From Candidatus Parvarchaeota archaeon (GTDB lineage Archaea; Nanobdellota; Nanobdellia; Parvarchaeales; Parvarchaeaceae): a stretch of DNA of 49,437 nt. The stretch covers positions 1-49,437 of the forward strand of contig JAGDXV010000021.1 of the NCBI GenBank assembly GCA_023261805.1, written 5' to 3'. Both the position numbers and the translations under genes were made by a program. The notes beneath the pieces were generated by a model. The model searched no databases. It was not told the DNA's origin and was given only the letters and a program-made list of their open reading frames with translations. Below are positions 26,535 through 37,012 of this stretch, in pieces. The stretch's first letter is position 1. Each line of letters opens with the position of its first letter.

Positions 26535-26973
26535 TTCCGACGGCCTCCGACACTTGCTGTGGTTGTTGGGCTTTTTCCTGTACTTCGTATTCTCCAACTA
26601 TTCTAATATAAGTACGTTTTCCCCCGCGGCTCACCTTTCCACTCAAATATCTAGGGTATCCGCTTCTTCCAAGAAAATAAGATTTTATGATGACTCTGGC
26701 TTCTCCACTGTCTTTAGCATTCGCTTTCAGCTGTTTTAATAATCTTATCATAAATTTTGTAGCTTTTTGTGGGTATCCCGTTGGTACTCCGTGCTTATGT
26801 CCCTTGCTTTGATATTTTTTGAAGGGTATCCCTTGTTTCTTCTTAAGTACATTTTCTAGCGATGCGATGGCAGTATCGACTGGTTTATTGGTTATGAATT
26901 CTGCTATCTCATGCACATGCTTCATTGATATAGGCATGTTGGCTTGTTTGACAGAAACGGTTTTCGTTGTCAT
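26515..26973 (-). CDS. rpl22: 50S ribosomal protein uL22
   Basis: 'PISMKHVHEIAEFI', 'IPFKKY...GYPQKA...LLKQLKANA'. Confidence 0.9.
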   Translation of the reverse strand: MTTKTVSVKQANMPISMKHVHEIAEFITNKPVDTAIASLENVLKKKQGIPFKKYQSKGHKHGVPTGYPQKATKFMIRLLKQLKANAKDSGEARVIIKSYFLGRSGYPRYLSGKVSRGGKRTYIRIVGEYEVQEKAQQPQQVSEAVGNAKDNK

Positions 26974-26978
26974 ATCCT

Positions 26979-27365
26979 TCACTTAATCGGAACGAAGCTA
27001 CTTGACCTCGTAGCACTAAGTCCAGGTGATCCGTGTTTCACATGTTTCGTTGTCAAAACATACTCACCAAGACGATGGAAAATCATGTTCGGTTTTATAG
27101 TTATCGGGACAAATTCTTTTCCATTGTGGACATTTATTGTCAATCCAACAAAGGAAGGCAGAATAAACATCTCTCTGAGGTGTGTTCTTATTGGTTTTCC
27201 CTTGGCCTTTGCTTTTTCGATGTGCTCCAGGAAGGTCTTCTCTTGTGGCGTAAATCCTCTCCTCAGTCTTCTTCTTAAATCAGCATTCACGATTGGGATC
27301 AGCTCATGAAGCGAAAGCTTTGAAAGATCATCCACGCTTTTCCCACGGTAACGGTATTCTTCCAT
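26979..27365 (-). CDS. rps19: 30S ribosomal protein uS19
   Basis: 'YRGKSVDDL', 'IRTHLREMFILP...HNGKEF...HRLGE...ATRSSSFVPIK'. Confidence 0.96.
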   Translation of the reverse strand: MEEYRYRGKSVDDLSKLSLHELIPIVNADLRRRLRRGFTPQEKTFLEHIEKAKAKGKPIRTHLREMFILPSFVGLTINVHNGKEFVPITIKPNMIFHRLGEYVLTTKHVKHGSPGLSATRSSSFVPIK

Positions 27366-27366
27366 A

Positions 27367-28062
27367 TCATCTCTTCATCCCTGTTCTTCTCGGTGCTATA
27401 CTTCCAACCTTTGCACCTGGAGGGGCATTCCTACTGACGCTCTTTGATTTGTGCTGGGTGCTTCTTCTTTTACCTCCGAATTTGTGCTCATAAGCATTCA
27501 TCGCTACAGCAGCTGTCAGAGGCCAGTACCTTCCTCTGGCTTTCATCGCATGATACTTGTTTCCTGCCTTGTAGAAAGGCTTGTCCCTTCTTCCAGCATT
27601 GGCTATGGTTCCTATCACAGCCCTGCAGTTCTCGTCAAGATAGACAATCTTTGAACTTGGAAGCTGAACGGATACCTTGCCCCCAGATTTCTCGACGATC
27701 CGTGCGGTTTCCCCGCCCGCCCTTATCAATTTTCCACCGTCATTTGGCCTCAATTCTATATTGTATACAGTTGAACCTATTGGTATGTCCTTCAGTTTTT
27801 CTATCGATCCAATCGAATCGCTTCCATTCAGATACGAAACGTTCATACCGACATACGCGCCATTGAAAGCAGGAAGATATGAGATGCTGCCGTCCTCAAA
27901 TTTTATTTTTTCTATCGGAGCGGTCCTGTATGGATCATCTATCAGATCAACGATCCTCCCTGTCATCGGGTTCTCGTTCTTGATTATTTTGACTTTAAAT
28001 TCCCCAGGGTTTACCTGAAATATTCTACTCTTTCCCCTTCTTCTCGAACGCGGTACCTTCAT
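27367..28062 (-). CDS. rpl2: 50S ribosomal protein uL2
   Basis: 'DPYRTAP', 'NIELRPNDGGKLIRAGG', 'AMNAYEHKFGG', 'PPGAKVGSIAPRRTG'. Confidence 0.96.
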   Translation of the reverse strand: MKVPRSRRRGKSRIFQVNPGEFKVKIIKNENPMTGRIVDLIDDPYRTAPIEKIKFEDGSISYLPAFNGAYVGMNVSYLNGSDSIGSIEKLKDIPIGSTVYNIELRPNDGGKLIRAGGETARIVEKSGGKVSVQLPSSKIVYLDENCRAVIGTIANAGRRDKPFYKAGNKYHAMKARGRYWPLTAAVAMNAYEHKFGGKRRSTQHKSKSVSRNAPPGAKVGSIAPRRTGMKR

Positions 28063-28175
28063 ATCCGATTACACTCGTTCTAATGCATCCTCGTATTTAA
28101 ATATTAAAGTTTTGTTGTCCTTTTCTTAATAACTATCAAATTAAAATATAAACATTCACAGATTCATTGTTTGTT

Positions 28176-29462
28176 ATGGATATATTTAAAGAGTATGATA
28201 TACGCGGGATTTATCCATCCGAAATCGATGAGGATGAGGCGGTTTTGATAGGAAGAGGGATCGGAAAATTAGCCAAGAAAATATACGTGGATAATGACAC
28301 AAGAAAGGGAAGCAAAGCAATAAATGGACCTTTCATCGATGGTTTATTGAAAGAGGGTGCTGACGTTTTCGACATGGGTCTCGGTCCGGTGACATTAGCA
28401 GCCTTTGCGTCCTTCAGGGAAAAAACATATGGGGTATCGGTAACCGCGTCTCACAACCCAGCGAAGTATACTGGCATTCTGCTGTATAGGAATGGGTTGT
28501 CTGTCAGTCCAAAGCTTGTTAAGAAAGCCATGCTTAAAGGCGGGTTGGAGAACAGGAAAGGAAGGTATGAAAGGATCGATTACAGTGGTGAATATCTTAA
28601 TATCTTAAAGAAAGTAGGAGATCTTTCCAACATAAATATTGGTGTCGATCCGATGGGTGGTGCAGGCACGAAGATCGTCGAAGAAGCTCTAAGGATGTTG
28701 AATGCAAAGCCGTTCATGTTGCACAGCAGGTTTACTGAGAATTTTTATGGAAAAGTTCCAGAGCCGAGCAGAGGGAATTCAGCGGAGCTGATGAATTTTG
28801 TGAGGAAAAATCACCTTGATTTTGGCGTTCAGCTCGATGGAGATGCTGATAGAGCGGTTTTCGTGGACGATGATGGTAACTTTATAGATCCAATGGAGAC
28901 GGCGTTGGTTTTCATAAAATATCTTAAGATAAAGAGTGTCATCGCTGCGGTTTCGTGTTCTCAAAAGATCGAAAAATATGCAAAAGTTGAGTATGTTCCG
29001 GTCGGCAGACCTTTTATTGAAAGAGCTCTGGTAAAAAAGAGGTTTGATTTTGGCGTGGAAAGTTCGGCGCATTACTATTTTAACCGATACTATCCATTTT
29101 CTGATGGAATCCTGGCTGCATTATTGATGGGGAAGATACTTCACGACACAAAGAAAAGGTTGCGTGAAATATTGTCAGGTTTACCAAAGATCTATATGAA
29201 TTCCTTTTCCTTGAATTTTGAGGACGAGAATGAAAGGGAAAAAGTGATTAGAAAGATTGAGGATGAAATAATCTCAAAAGGAAAGATCAGCAAAATCGAC
29301 GGGGTGAAGGTATTTTTAAGCGAAGGGTATATACTTGTTAGGAAATCCAATACAGAACCTTTGATAAGGATAATGTATGAGGGTAAGGACAAGGCTTCTT
29401 TTGAAAGGATAGAAAGGATGGCGGAGGGATTAAAAATTTATGGAGGAGAACTGGCTGGTTAA
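28176..29462 (+). CDS. Phosphoglucomutase/phosphomannomutase
   Basis: YDIRG, TASHNP, DGDADR, RKSNTEP. Confidence 0.95.
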   Translation: MDIFKEYDIRGIYPSEIDEDEAVLIGRGIGKLAKKIYVDNDTRKGSKAINGPFIDGLLKEGADVFDMGLGPVTLAAFASFREKTYGVSVTASHNPAKYTGILLYRNGLSVSPKLVKKAMLKGGLENRKGRYERIDYSGEYLNILKKVGDLSNINIGVDPMGGAGTKIVEEALRMLNAKPFMLHSRFTENFYGKVPEPSRGNSAELMNFVRKNHLDFGVQLDGDADRAVFVDDDGNFIDPMETALVFIKYLKIKSVIAAVSCSQKIEKYAKVEYVPVGRPFIERALVKKRFDFGVESSAHYYFNRYYPFSDGILAALLMGKILHDTKKRLREILSGLPKIYMNSFSLNFEDENEREKVIRKIEDEIISKGKISKIDGVKVFLSEGYILVRKSNTEPLIRIMYEGKDKASFERIERMAEGLKIYGGELAG

Positions 29463-30321
29463 AGCCATAGAAGAAAAGACCGGCTTAAGCAAGGAAAAGA
29501 TAGAGGCGATGGTGAAGGAGAAGATATCACAGTTTCCGGCTTTGGAGGAGAATGCTGCCTTAAGGATGATAGCCACTGAGAACGGAGTGGTTCCGGTGCA
29601 AAGGGTTTTCAAGGTGAATGAAGTAAACAGAGATATTAACCATCTAGACCTGTCAGGGGTGGTTTCTAGGAAGTTCAGTACGAAACAGATAAATCTGAAT
29701 GGCAGGTTGGCGCAGCTTCTTAAGTTTTTTGTGGCAGACGAAACTGGGGAAATAGGCGTCGTTGTTTGGGATACAAACAAGATAGCAGCTTTGGAGGCTT
29801 CTTTGCATGAAGGAGATAATGTAACAATAGTCAACGGTTACTCAAAGAAAAACAAGTTCAATGATACCTATGAAATTAACATAGGAAAGGTCGGTACAGT
29901 TAACATAAATTCCTCCTCGAATAAGTTTGTAAAACTGTCAAACATCTCAAAGACAGGAACTAATAGGATAAGGGCTTTTCTTGTTAGGTTGTTCACGGAT
30001 AATACATTTCTCGTGAAATGCACCATATGTAATAAGAGGGTCGTCGACAAATGTGACATACATGGAGATAAGGCCCTGTCGAAGGTTTTAATGTTGACAG
30101 GCATAATAGATGATGGAAACTCGAACATGAGGATCACATTTTTTGATAAAGTTGGCGAGAAGCTTCTTTCCCTCGCGAACGGCGGAACACTGGAGGAAAA
30201 ACTGGCAGATCTTTCATTTGGTCTTTATCAGCTCGATATCGTGGCTGTGGTTAATGAGTTCAATGGAAATATTTCTTTGACAGCAAGGGATGTATCAAGG
30301 GTAAACTATGATCTTCAATAG
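29440..30321 (+). CDS. Replication protein A large-subunit-like (OB folds + Zn finger)
   Basis: N-terminal DUF2240-like helix bundle, OB 'VADETGEIGVVVWD', CTICNKR...CDIH Zn motif, 'IIDDGNSNMRITFFD'. Confidence 0.85.
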   Translation: MEENWLVKAIEEKTGLSKEKIEAMVKEKISQFPALEENAALRMIATENGVVPVQRVFKVNEVNRDINHLDLSGVVSRKFSTKQINLNGRLAQLLKFFVADETGEIGVVVWDTNKIAALEASLHEGDNVTIVNGYSKKNKFNDTYEINIGKVGTVNINSSSNKFVKLSNISKTGTNRIRAFLVRLFTDNTFLVKCTICNKRVVDKCDIHGDKALSKVLMLTGIIDDGNSNMRITFFDKVGEKLLSLANGGTLEEKLADLSFGLYQLDIVAVVNEFNGNISLTARDVSRVNYDLQ

Positions 30322-30324
30322 TCT

Positions 30325-31434
30325 ATGTTAATCGGCACGGCTACATCCGCCTATCAGGTTGAGGGGAACAATAAGTGGGCGGATTGGTGGTACTTTGAAA
30401 GGAAGGGGGATCTCCCATACAGATCAGGTAAGTCATGCGATCAGTATCATTTCTATGAGAAAGACATTAAGATAATGAAAAGTCTCGGCTTTAATGCTTA
30501 CAGGTTTTCAATAGAGTTTTCGAGGATCTATCCGAGTAAGGGAAAGCTAAACAGGGAAGCGATAGAGCATTACAGAAAGCTCGTCGATTTGCTGAGGAAA
30601 AATGAGATCGAACCGATCGTCACTTTGTGGCACTACACTCTGCCGAAATGGTTTTATGACCTTGGAGGCTTTGAGAGGGCTGAAAACACCGCTTACTTTG
30701 AAAGTTACGTCGAGAAAATAATAAATGCAGGGATAGATGCAAAGTATTTTCTGACGATGAATGAGCCGGTAAACTACGCGACTCAGGGTTACCTGATGGG
30801 AGAATATCCTCCTTTCAAACGCTCCCCGCTTGCATTCAGGAGGGTTCTGGTCAATCTTATAGATGTTAATGATCGTACGTATTCCATGCTCAAAAAGCAC
30901 GGATATACGGTCTCTTTCACAAACGCGATGTACGGATTCAAATATCCAAAGATAGCATACCCTTTTTACAAGATCACGGATTATACACTAAACTGGTGGT
31001 TTCTTAAGCGGGCAAAGTTTGATTTTGTCGGAATAAACTATTATAGGGCGATAAATCCTGTTTCTTTTAGGCAACATGGAAAAGGGGAGATGAATTGGAC
31101 GATCTATCCGCAAGGGTTGTACTATCTGATCTCTAAAGCATATTCCCTTTTCAAAAAACCAGTGATGATCACCGAGAATGGTTTTGCCTCCAGTGATGAC
31201 AGAGAAAGATCGAAATTCATCACTTCGCATTTCAAATACATTGAAGAGGCTATGAGAAAAGGGATTCCTGTGATCGGTTATCTTTATTGGTCATTCATAG
31301 ACAATTTTGAGTGGACCTATGGTTATACGAAGCACTTCGGCCTGGTTTCATTCGACAAGAAAACCATGGAAAGGCACGTCAGAAGGAGCGCTTTCACATT
31401 GAAAAGAATAGCGGATAAATATAGAGGGATTTGA
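30325..31434 (+). CDS. Glycoside hydrolase family 1
   Basis: ATSAYQVEG, YRFSIEFSRI, TMNEP (acid/base), ITENG (nucleophile), WSFIDNFEW. Confidence 0.95.
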   Translation: MLIGTATSAYQVEGNNKWADWWYFERKGDLPYRSGKSCDQYHFYEKDIKIMKSLGFNAYRFSIEFSRIYPSKGKLNREAIEHYRKLVDLLRKNEIEPIVTLWHYTLPKWFYDLGGFERAENTAYFESYVEKIINAGIDAKYFLTMNEPVNYATQGYLMGEYPPFKRSPLAFRRVLVNLIDVNDRTYSMLKKHGYTVSFTNAMYGFKYPKIAYPFYKITDYTLNWWFLKRAKFDFVGINYYRAINPVSFRQHGKGEMNWTIYPQGLYYLISKAYSLFKKPVMITENGFASSDDRERSKFITSHFKYIEEAMRKGIPVIGYLYWSFIDNFEWTYGYTKHFGLVSFDKKTMERHVRRSAFTLKRIADKYRGI

Positions 31435-31474
31435 CATTTCAACATATTTATTTGTATCTTTTCTTATTCATAAT

Positions 31475-32347
31475 ATGAGTGCGGTTATAAGGAACTATGA
31501 GAAGGAATTTGCGACAGATGTGATGGAGAATCATCACGTTTTCTATGATCTTTACATAAAGAGCGATGATCCGCAAGCCTTGAGGAATCAGATAGCGGAA
31601 GAACTGACCGATCTGGACTTCAAGATCCTATTGAACGAGCTTACAAAGTTTGAGGATGAAGAACTCGATGAGGTTTTCAGGGGAGGAAACGCTAAACCAT
31701 TGCGTGCAGTCATAAAGGCGGCGAAGGACAACAAGAAAGGATCAAAGTACCCTTTGCTATGGAAGTTTTTTCTCGTCTTGGGCATCGCCCTGCTTTTCGT
31801 ATTTTTGGCTTACTCCAGATCGGCCATATATAGCAGTATTTACGGTACAGTAACAAAATTCAGCGAACAGCCATCATCCCTGCTCTTCTATTCATTTGTA
31901 GTTTCTATTCTGCTTTCATTCATCTTCTGGGCGATAAAGTACGTCGTTCCGATATACGCATGGGTAAAGATAATCGGAATATATGATCCAACAGAGAGCA
32001 CGGCGAATGTCAGGATCGTTTTGGCCGGGGATTGTCAATTCAAGGATAAAGATTCATACGGAAAGTTGGAAAATGATATGAGCGAACTTTACAGTGCGCT
32101 TTCAAGAAGATACGCGAACAAGCTTGATAAGAGGACCCTTAGCAATAATGTTGCCTCCGATCTTTCTTTGACCGGTCAGACGCAATCTATCATGAACAAA
32201 TTGAGGGCGACGGAGGATGAACTCTCCCAGCTTGAGAGAAACTTTGCTGCTGGGAAGATATCTGAAAGCTCATACAACGATCTGAAAAACAAGTTAGAGA
32301 TGAAGAAAACACAGATAGAGACACTGTTTGATCTGCTTTCTCCATGA
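31475..32347 (+). CDS. Membrane protein with a C-terminal coiled coil/SHOCT-like motif
   Basis: Two TM segments; 'FAAGKISESSYNDLK'. Confidence 0.65.
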   Translation: MSAVIRNYEKEFATDVMENHHVFYDLYIKSDDPQALRNQIAEELTDLDFKILLNELTKFEDEELDEVFRGGNAKPLRAVIKAAKDNKKGSKYPLLWKFFLVLGIALLFVFLAYSRSAIYSSIYGTVTKFSEQPSSLLFYSFVVSILLSFIFWAIKYVVPIYAWVKIIGIYDPTESTANVRIVLAGDCQFKDKDSYGKLENDMSELYSALSRRYANKLDKRTLSNNVASDLSLTGQTQSIMNKLRATEDELSQLERNFAAGKISESSYNDLKNKLEMKKTQIETLFDLLSP

Positions 32348-33003
32348 AGATTAAGGATTATCCCTCCTTGTTTGATGAGCAGACAAGGCACGAGGCCAAT
32401 GCCTTTGCCGGGCTTTGTTTCAGTAAGAAGCGCTGGTATGGAAGTGGGCTTTTGATAATAATGGATGCATGTTTTGACAGCATAGGCCTGAATTATTTTA
32501 CAGTCGTTGTACCGAAGGTAAAATACTTCTATGATAATTTTTTCATCAAGAAGAATATCAATTCAGTCGAGGCCTTCCTGAAATTTTATAAAGAAGGAGA
32601 AATCGGATTGATTAAAAATGGAAGGGCATGGGGCGCTATACATGCCTTAGCTGACTTTGTCCATAAAAACAGAAAAGAAGGGGAGAAGGATATAGATGTA
32701 CTTTATAGATGGGCTATCAAAGCCGATCCAGAGAAGAAGAATGAGGATCCGATAGGAAGAATAAAAGGGATAGGTATCAACACTTTTCAGTATTTGAGGA
32801 TGCAGGTTGGTGTTGATTCAACCATGCCTGACAAAATAATAAGGAGATGGTTACTAAAGCAGGGGATCAAGACGAAGGACGAGATAGATACAATCAAAAA
32901 GATGGAAGAGGCAGCAGGAGAGCTCGGTATCTCTCAGGTTGAGTTATGCTGGGCGATATGGATCTCGGAGAGCGGCGAGAAAGGGAAGGTTGATATTGTT
33001 TAA
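32344..33003 (+). CDS. HhH-motif (HhH-GPD superfamily-like) protein
   Basis: 'IKGIGINTFQYLRMQVGVDSTMPDKIIRRWL' and 'ELCWAIW'. Confidence 0.6.
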   Translation: MKIKDYPSLFDEQTRHEANAFAGLCFSKKRWYGSGLLIIMDACFDSIGLNYFTVVVPKVKYFYDNFFIKKNINSVEAFLKFYKEGEIGLIKNGRAWGAIHALADFVHKNRKEGEKDIDVLYRWAIKADPEKKNEDPIGRIKGIGINTFQYLRMQVGVDSTMPDKIIRRWLLKQGIKTKDEIDTIKKMEEAAGELGISQVELCWAIWISESGEKGKVDIV

Positions 33004-33470
33004 TAAACAGGTGTTTTGACCCTTTCGAGCCTGTCCTTTTCAGCAGAATACCAAAGACCATTTATTCTCAGGAAAGATCTTTCTCCATTTGATACGCGTT
33101 GAACGAAAGGCAGCTGTGATCTTTCTTCTTCCTTCACTTTGACGACGGCCGGTTTAATCTCTCTCTGTTCGCCGCTTATGATCACCTTTATCTTCGGATT
33201 TTCACTCATTTTCTTTTCTACAGGCACAGCCTTTATCGTGATAATTTTCTGTTTTGTCCTTAACACGAAAGAAACTGAAAACAGCCCTATTATTATAGCG
33301 GTGATGTACGATATTCCCGTTGAGAAGGCACCCATCAGAAAAGATGAGAACGTATAAGGTAGAAGCTTTGAGTTGATCAGAAAAACAGAGAGCATTAACC
33401 CAAAGTCAAGTATTGATGAGTATACAGATAGACGTATCGCAGCCTTGTAAAGGTGCTCATGTGTTTTCAT
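33000..33470 (-). CDS. Hypothetical membrane protein
   Basis: Two N-terminal TM helices; fills the gap between neighbouring genes. Confidence 0.6.
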   Translation of the reverse strand: MKTHEHLYKAAIRLSVYSSILDFGLMLSVFLINSKLLPYTFSSFLMGAFSTGISYITAIIIGLFSVSFVLRTKQKIITIKAVPVEKKMSENPKIKVIISGEQREIKPAVVKVKEEERSQLPFVQRVSNGERSFLRINGLWYSAEKDRLERVKTPVY

Positions 33471-33507
33471 ACTGATTTAATGATAAGATTAGAATTTATA
33501 ATTTTAT

Positions 33508-33840
33508 TCAGCCCGTGAGGGGGTGTGAAGGCTTGGTTTTATTGAAAAAATCCTGATATATCTCCCATATCTGTTCTCCCTTGTCCTTGGGAAGAACATC
33601 GGAAACAACATTTGGATGCATCAGTATACCATTTTGCTGTATTATTCCATCAAACTTTATTATAACGAAAGCTCCTTCCTCAAGGGAAACATCACCAACA
33701 TTGCATGTGATAATATTGTGATCCCAAGTTTCGATTACGGCTTTGTTCTGGCCTTTGTTTGAGGATTTTATGAACTTTAGAACATGCCCGATATGATAAA
33801 AGTCTATCGCCCTCAATCCATTTTTATTATCTTTTTCCAT
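33508..33840 (-). CDS. Hypothetical protein (beta-rich, OB-like)
   Basis: ATG start, plausible globular composition, non-overlapping. Confidence 0.6.
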   Translation of the reverse strand: MEKDNKNGLRAIDFYHIGHVLKFIKSSNKGQNKAVIETWDHNIITCNVGDVSLEEGAFVIIKFDGIIQQNGILMHPNVVSDVLPKDKGEQIWEIYQDFFNKTKPSHPLTG

Positions 33841-33909
33841 CTTCCGATCACTCTATGTAAAGAAAGAAATCTCATGAGTATATAAATTTGATGCTTCGTA
33901 TTGATAACT

Positions 33910-34845
33910 ATGAAGAGAAAGATGTCCTGGGAAACGATCATCATCCTTATCATAGTAGCGGTAAGCATACCACTGCTTATATGGTATGGGTTCATCGACT
34001 CCGTGAGGGCGCTTCTTAGGATAAAGTTATTTTATGTTGCTATCTCTTTCATTGTATTTCTATCATTCACGACTTTGCGTGTTCTTCCTTGGTCTGTCGC
34101 GCTGAGAAAACTGCATATAAAGATGGGATGGATCCACAAGGTTCTTATGACATATTATTTTTGGGGGATCTCAAGTTTTCTCTCGGTTTTTGGTCAGGCC
34201 TTCTCTCTCAGGGAGATGGAAAGATTTAAGAAAAATGCAAGATTTTTCAGCGGTAGCATACTCCTTTCAACAAGCCTTGTGGGGACCCTTGCTCTTTCTA
34301 TAATAATGCTTGTGAGTGCGATCATTATATCTAAATATATCGATTACGCGGTTATCTTCGTGCTTGTTTTTTACGTGCTTTCCTCTCTGCTTGGTTTCAA
34401 TTTCACCTTCAAGTGGTTGATAAACTATCTTAAACATAGGAACGGCAACGTATCAAAGGGGTTGCTGAATTATATTCAAACATTATCTAAGTTCAGAGGG
34501 ATCTTCTCCCAGAGATATATTCTTCTGATGCTTTTAGCTTTTCTGCCGGCCTTGCTACTGGAGGGGTCTCTCATTTATTTCATCTTGGTGGCAGAGAATC
34601 AATCGATCAGCTTCATTGCAGTCATGTTCATATTCTCTTTTTCGGATCTCGTCGGTCTCATAACCTTGAGTCCTTCCGGCATCGGATCTATGGATGCAGT
34701 TCTGATACTTTTGTTGTTGGCAGAAGGGGTTCCGGGTGCTGTCACAATATCAACAGATCTTCTATTCAGGTTGTTTCAGTTCTTCCTTCCTGCTTTGCAG
34801 GGCTATCTTTCAATACCTTTCATAAGACGTTATAGGGCTGGTTAA
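33910..34845 (+). CDS. UPF0104/lysylphosphatidylglycerol-synthase-TM (flippase-like) membrane protein
   Basis: Multi-TM protein with 'LSPSGIGSMDA...LLFRLFQF' signature; next to a GT2. Confidence 0.8.
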   Translation: MKRKMSWETIIILIIVAVSIPLLIWYGFIDSVRALLRIKLFYVAISFIVFLSFTTLRVLPWSVALRKLHIKMGWIHKVLMTYYFWGISSFLSVFGQAFSLREMERFKKNARFFSGSILLSTSLVGTLALSIIMLVSAIIISKYIDYAVIFVLVFYVLSSLLGFNFTFKWLINYLKHRNGNVSKGLLNYIQTLSKFRGIFSQRYILLMLLAFLPALLLEGSLIYFILVAENQSISFIAVMFIFSFSDLVGLITLSPSGIGSMDAVLILLLLAEGVPGAVTISTDLLFRLFQFFLPALQGYLSIPFIRRYRAG

Positions 34846-35567
34846 TCATCAACATGCTCAAAATCTCCTCTGTACCTCCTTCCGAGTTTAACTGCGATGA
34901 AAGCATCAAAATACCTAGAAACAGCCCTCACAAAGCCCTCCTTTTTGAATCTTCTCATCGACATCTTAACATACTTCTTTCCAAGGATGAATCGGCCATA
35001 CTTTAAGATCCTCGAATAATATTCTATGTCCTCGGACACGGTGATCTTTTCATTGAAAAGCCCCGCCCTTTTTACCGCCTCTTCTCTGCAAAAAACACAT
35101 CCGAAAGGCAGCTTAGTTAGCAGCCTCATCCTCGTGTATACCGTCTCATAGATAAAACCTATCAGCTTTATCCTTCTCAGTTTTTTCCTTGGTATCCCTT
35201 TAAGATCTGCTTTCTGCGGCGGGACGATCCCAACCACGTCCTTATTTTTTGGATCATTTAACTGGTCAACAACGGATTCAAATAGCGTTGGGGGAATCTC
35301 ATAATCCGCATCTATGAAGGCGATGATCTTCCCCTTCGCTTTTTTAATGCCTGCGTTTCTTCCGGCGGATATGCCTTTTCTTTTTACGGGTATGACCGTT
35401 GCACCAAGCTTCTTTGATATCTTTACAGTATTGTCCGTTGATTTATAATCGCACACGAGAATCTCATAATTTTTGTATGTCTGCCTTTTTATCTCGCTTA
35501 GAAGGGTTTTAATGTATTTTTCCTCATTCCTTGTCGGTATTATGACCGATATCAATGGATTTTCCAT
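34842..35567 (-). CDS. Glycosyltransferase family 2
   Basis: ISVIIPTRNEE, STDNT, RNAG, FIDAD, SEDIE. Confidence 0.93.
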   Translation of the reverse strand: MENPLISVIIPTRNEEKYIKTLLSEIKRQTYKNYEILVCDYKSTDNTVKISKKLGATVIPVKRKGISAGRNAGIKKAKGKIIAFIDADYEIPPTLFESVVDQLNDPKNKDVVGIVPPQKADLKGIPRKKLRRIKLIGFIYETVYTRMRLLTKLPFGCVFCREEAVKRAGLFNEKITVSEDIEYYSRILKYGRFILGKKYVKMSMRRFKKEGFVRAVSRYFDAFIAVKLGRRYRGDFEHVDD

Positions 35568-36999
35568 TTGTTTCTCCAAAGTTTCTATGCTTAACGATGA
35601 CATATGCGTCCTTCACATCAATTATATCAAATCCGCTCTCCTTGATTTTTCTCCTTAGCTCATCAGACTCTTTCCAGTCCTTCCTTTCCCTCGCAGATGC
35701 CCTTCTTTTTGCTAGATCCAAAACCTCCTCTGGTATTGAATAGTCTTGGAGTACTCCAAACACAGAATTCATCTTTTTTATTAACTCATGTATTTTGTCC
35801 CTGTTTTCTTTGGATATTGAATACTTCTTAATGTGCGAGTTTATTATCCCAATAACTTTGAATAATTCTATCAATGCTGAATGTGTATCGAGATCATCGT
35901 TTATCGCCTTTTTAAAAGATTTTTCTATCGCCCTCAGATCGTCTCTCTTTTCTTCTTTCAGTGGAAGTATGTCCATTGTTTTAATTGAGATATCTATATC
36001 ATTCAACGTCTTTTCATATTTTTTCAGTTTTTCAAGTGTGAAGTCTATCTTATCTCTGTAATGTGAATCTATCACCATCAGTCTAAATGAAAGAGGATCA
36101 AAGCCCATTTTCTCAAGGTCCCTGAGCGTGTAGAAGTTCTTCAGGCTCTTTGACATCTTTCTTCCGTTTACAAGCAGGAATTCAACGTGGAACCAGTAGT
36201 TCACGAACTTTTTGCCTGTCGCCCCTTCGGACTGTGCTATCTCATTTGTGTGGTGTATCGGTATATGGTCTACACCCCCGCAGTGTATATCAAAATGTTC
36301 TCCAAGGTACTTCATGCTCATTGCGCTACATTCTATGTGCCATCCGGGGAAACCGACACCCCAAGGGGATGGCCATTCCATCTGTCTTTTCTTGTCTTTC
36401 GGAGAGAATTTCCAAAGTGCGAAATCTGTGATGTTTCTTTTCTGTGGATTGAATTCGACCCTAGCACCTGCTTTGAGGGATTTATTGAGTTCATCGAAGC
36501 TCATCCCGGCCAGTTTTCCATAGTCCTTGAACTTCGATGTGTCATAGTATATTCCATCGTCGATTCTGTACGTGAAACCTTTCTCCTCCAGTCTTTTGAC
36601 GAGAATTATCATCTCATTTATGTTATCTGTGGCTTTGCAGAGGATAGTGGGCGATTCTATATTCAATTTCTTAATATCTTGGAGGAAGAAATCTGTGTAC
36701 ATTTTTGATATTTCCCATGCGCTCTTTTTCTGCTCTTCTGCGCTTTTCTCGATTTTATCAAGTCCCGTGTCAGCATCTGAGGTGAGGTGTCCGACATCTG
36801 TGATGTTCATCACATGTGTCACTTCATATCCATCGTACTTCAAAGTCCTCTTGAGAAGGTCCTCGCAGATGTATGTTCTGAGGTTGCCTATGTGTGCGAA
36901 GTCATAGACGGTCGGTCCGCAACAGTACATTCCGACATGGCCTTTCTTGATAGGTACGAATCTTTCAATTCCTTTTGTTAGAGTGTTGTACAGTAGCAT
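35524..36999 (-). CDS. cysS: Cysteine--tRNA ligase
   Basis: CGPTVY, HIGN, PGWHIECSAM, HHTNE, KMSKS. Confidence 0.98.
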   Translation of the reverse strand: MLLYNTLTKGIERFVPIKKGHVGMYCCGPTVYDFAHIGNLRTYICEDLLKRTLKYDGYEVTHVMNITDVGHLTSDADTGLDKIEKSAEEQKKSAWEISKMYTDFFLQDIKKLNIESPTILCKATDNINEMIILVKRLEEKGFTYRIDDGIYYDTSKFKDYGKLAGMSFDELNKSLKAGARVEFNPQKRNITDFALWKFSPKDKKRQMEWPSPWGVGFPGWHIECSAMSMKYLGEHFDIHCGGVDHIPIHHTNEIAQSEGATGKKFVNYWFHVEFLLVNGRKMSKSLKNFYTLRDLEKMGFDPLSFRLMVIDSHYRDKIDFTLEKLKKYEKTLNDIDISIKTMDILPLKEEKRDDLRAIEKSFKKAINDDLDTHSALIELFKVIGIINSHIKKYSISKENRDKIHELIKKMNSVFGVLQDYSIPEEVLDLAKRRASARERKDWKESDELRRKIKESGFDIIDVKDAYVIVKHRNFGETNGKSIDIGHNTDKE

Positions 37000-37012
37000 A
37001 GGATTGACCCGG

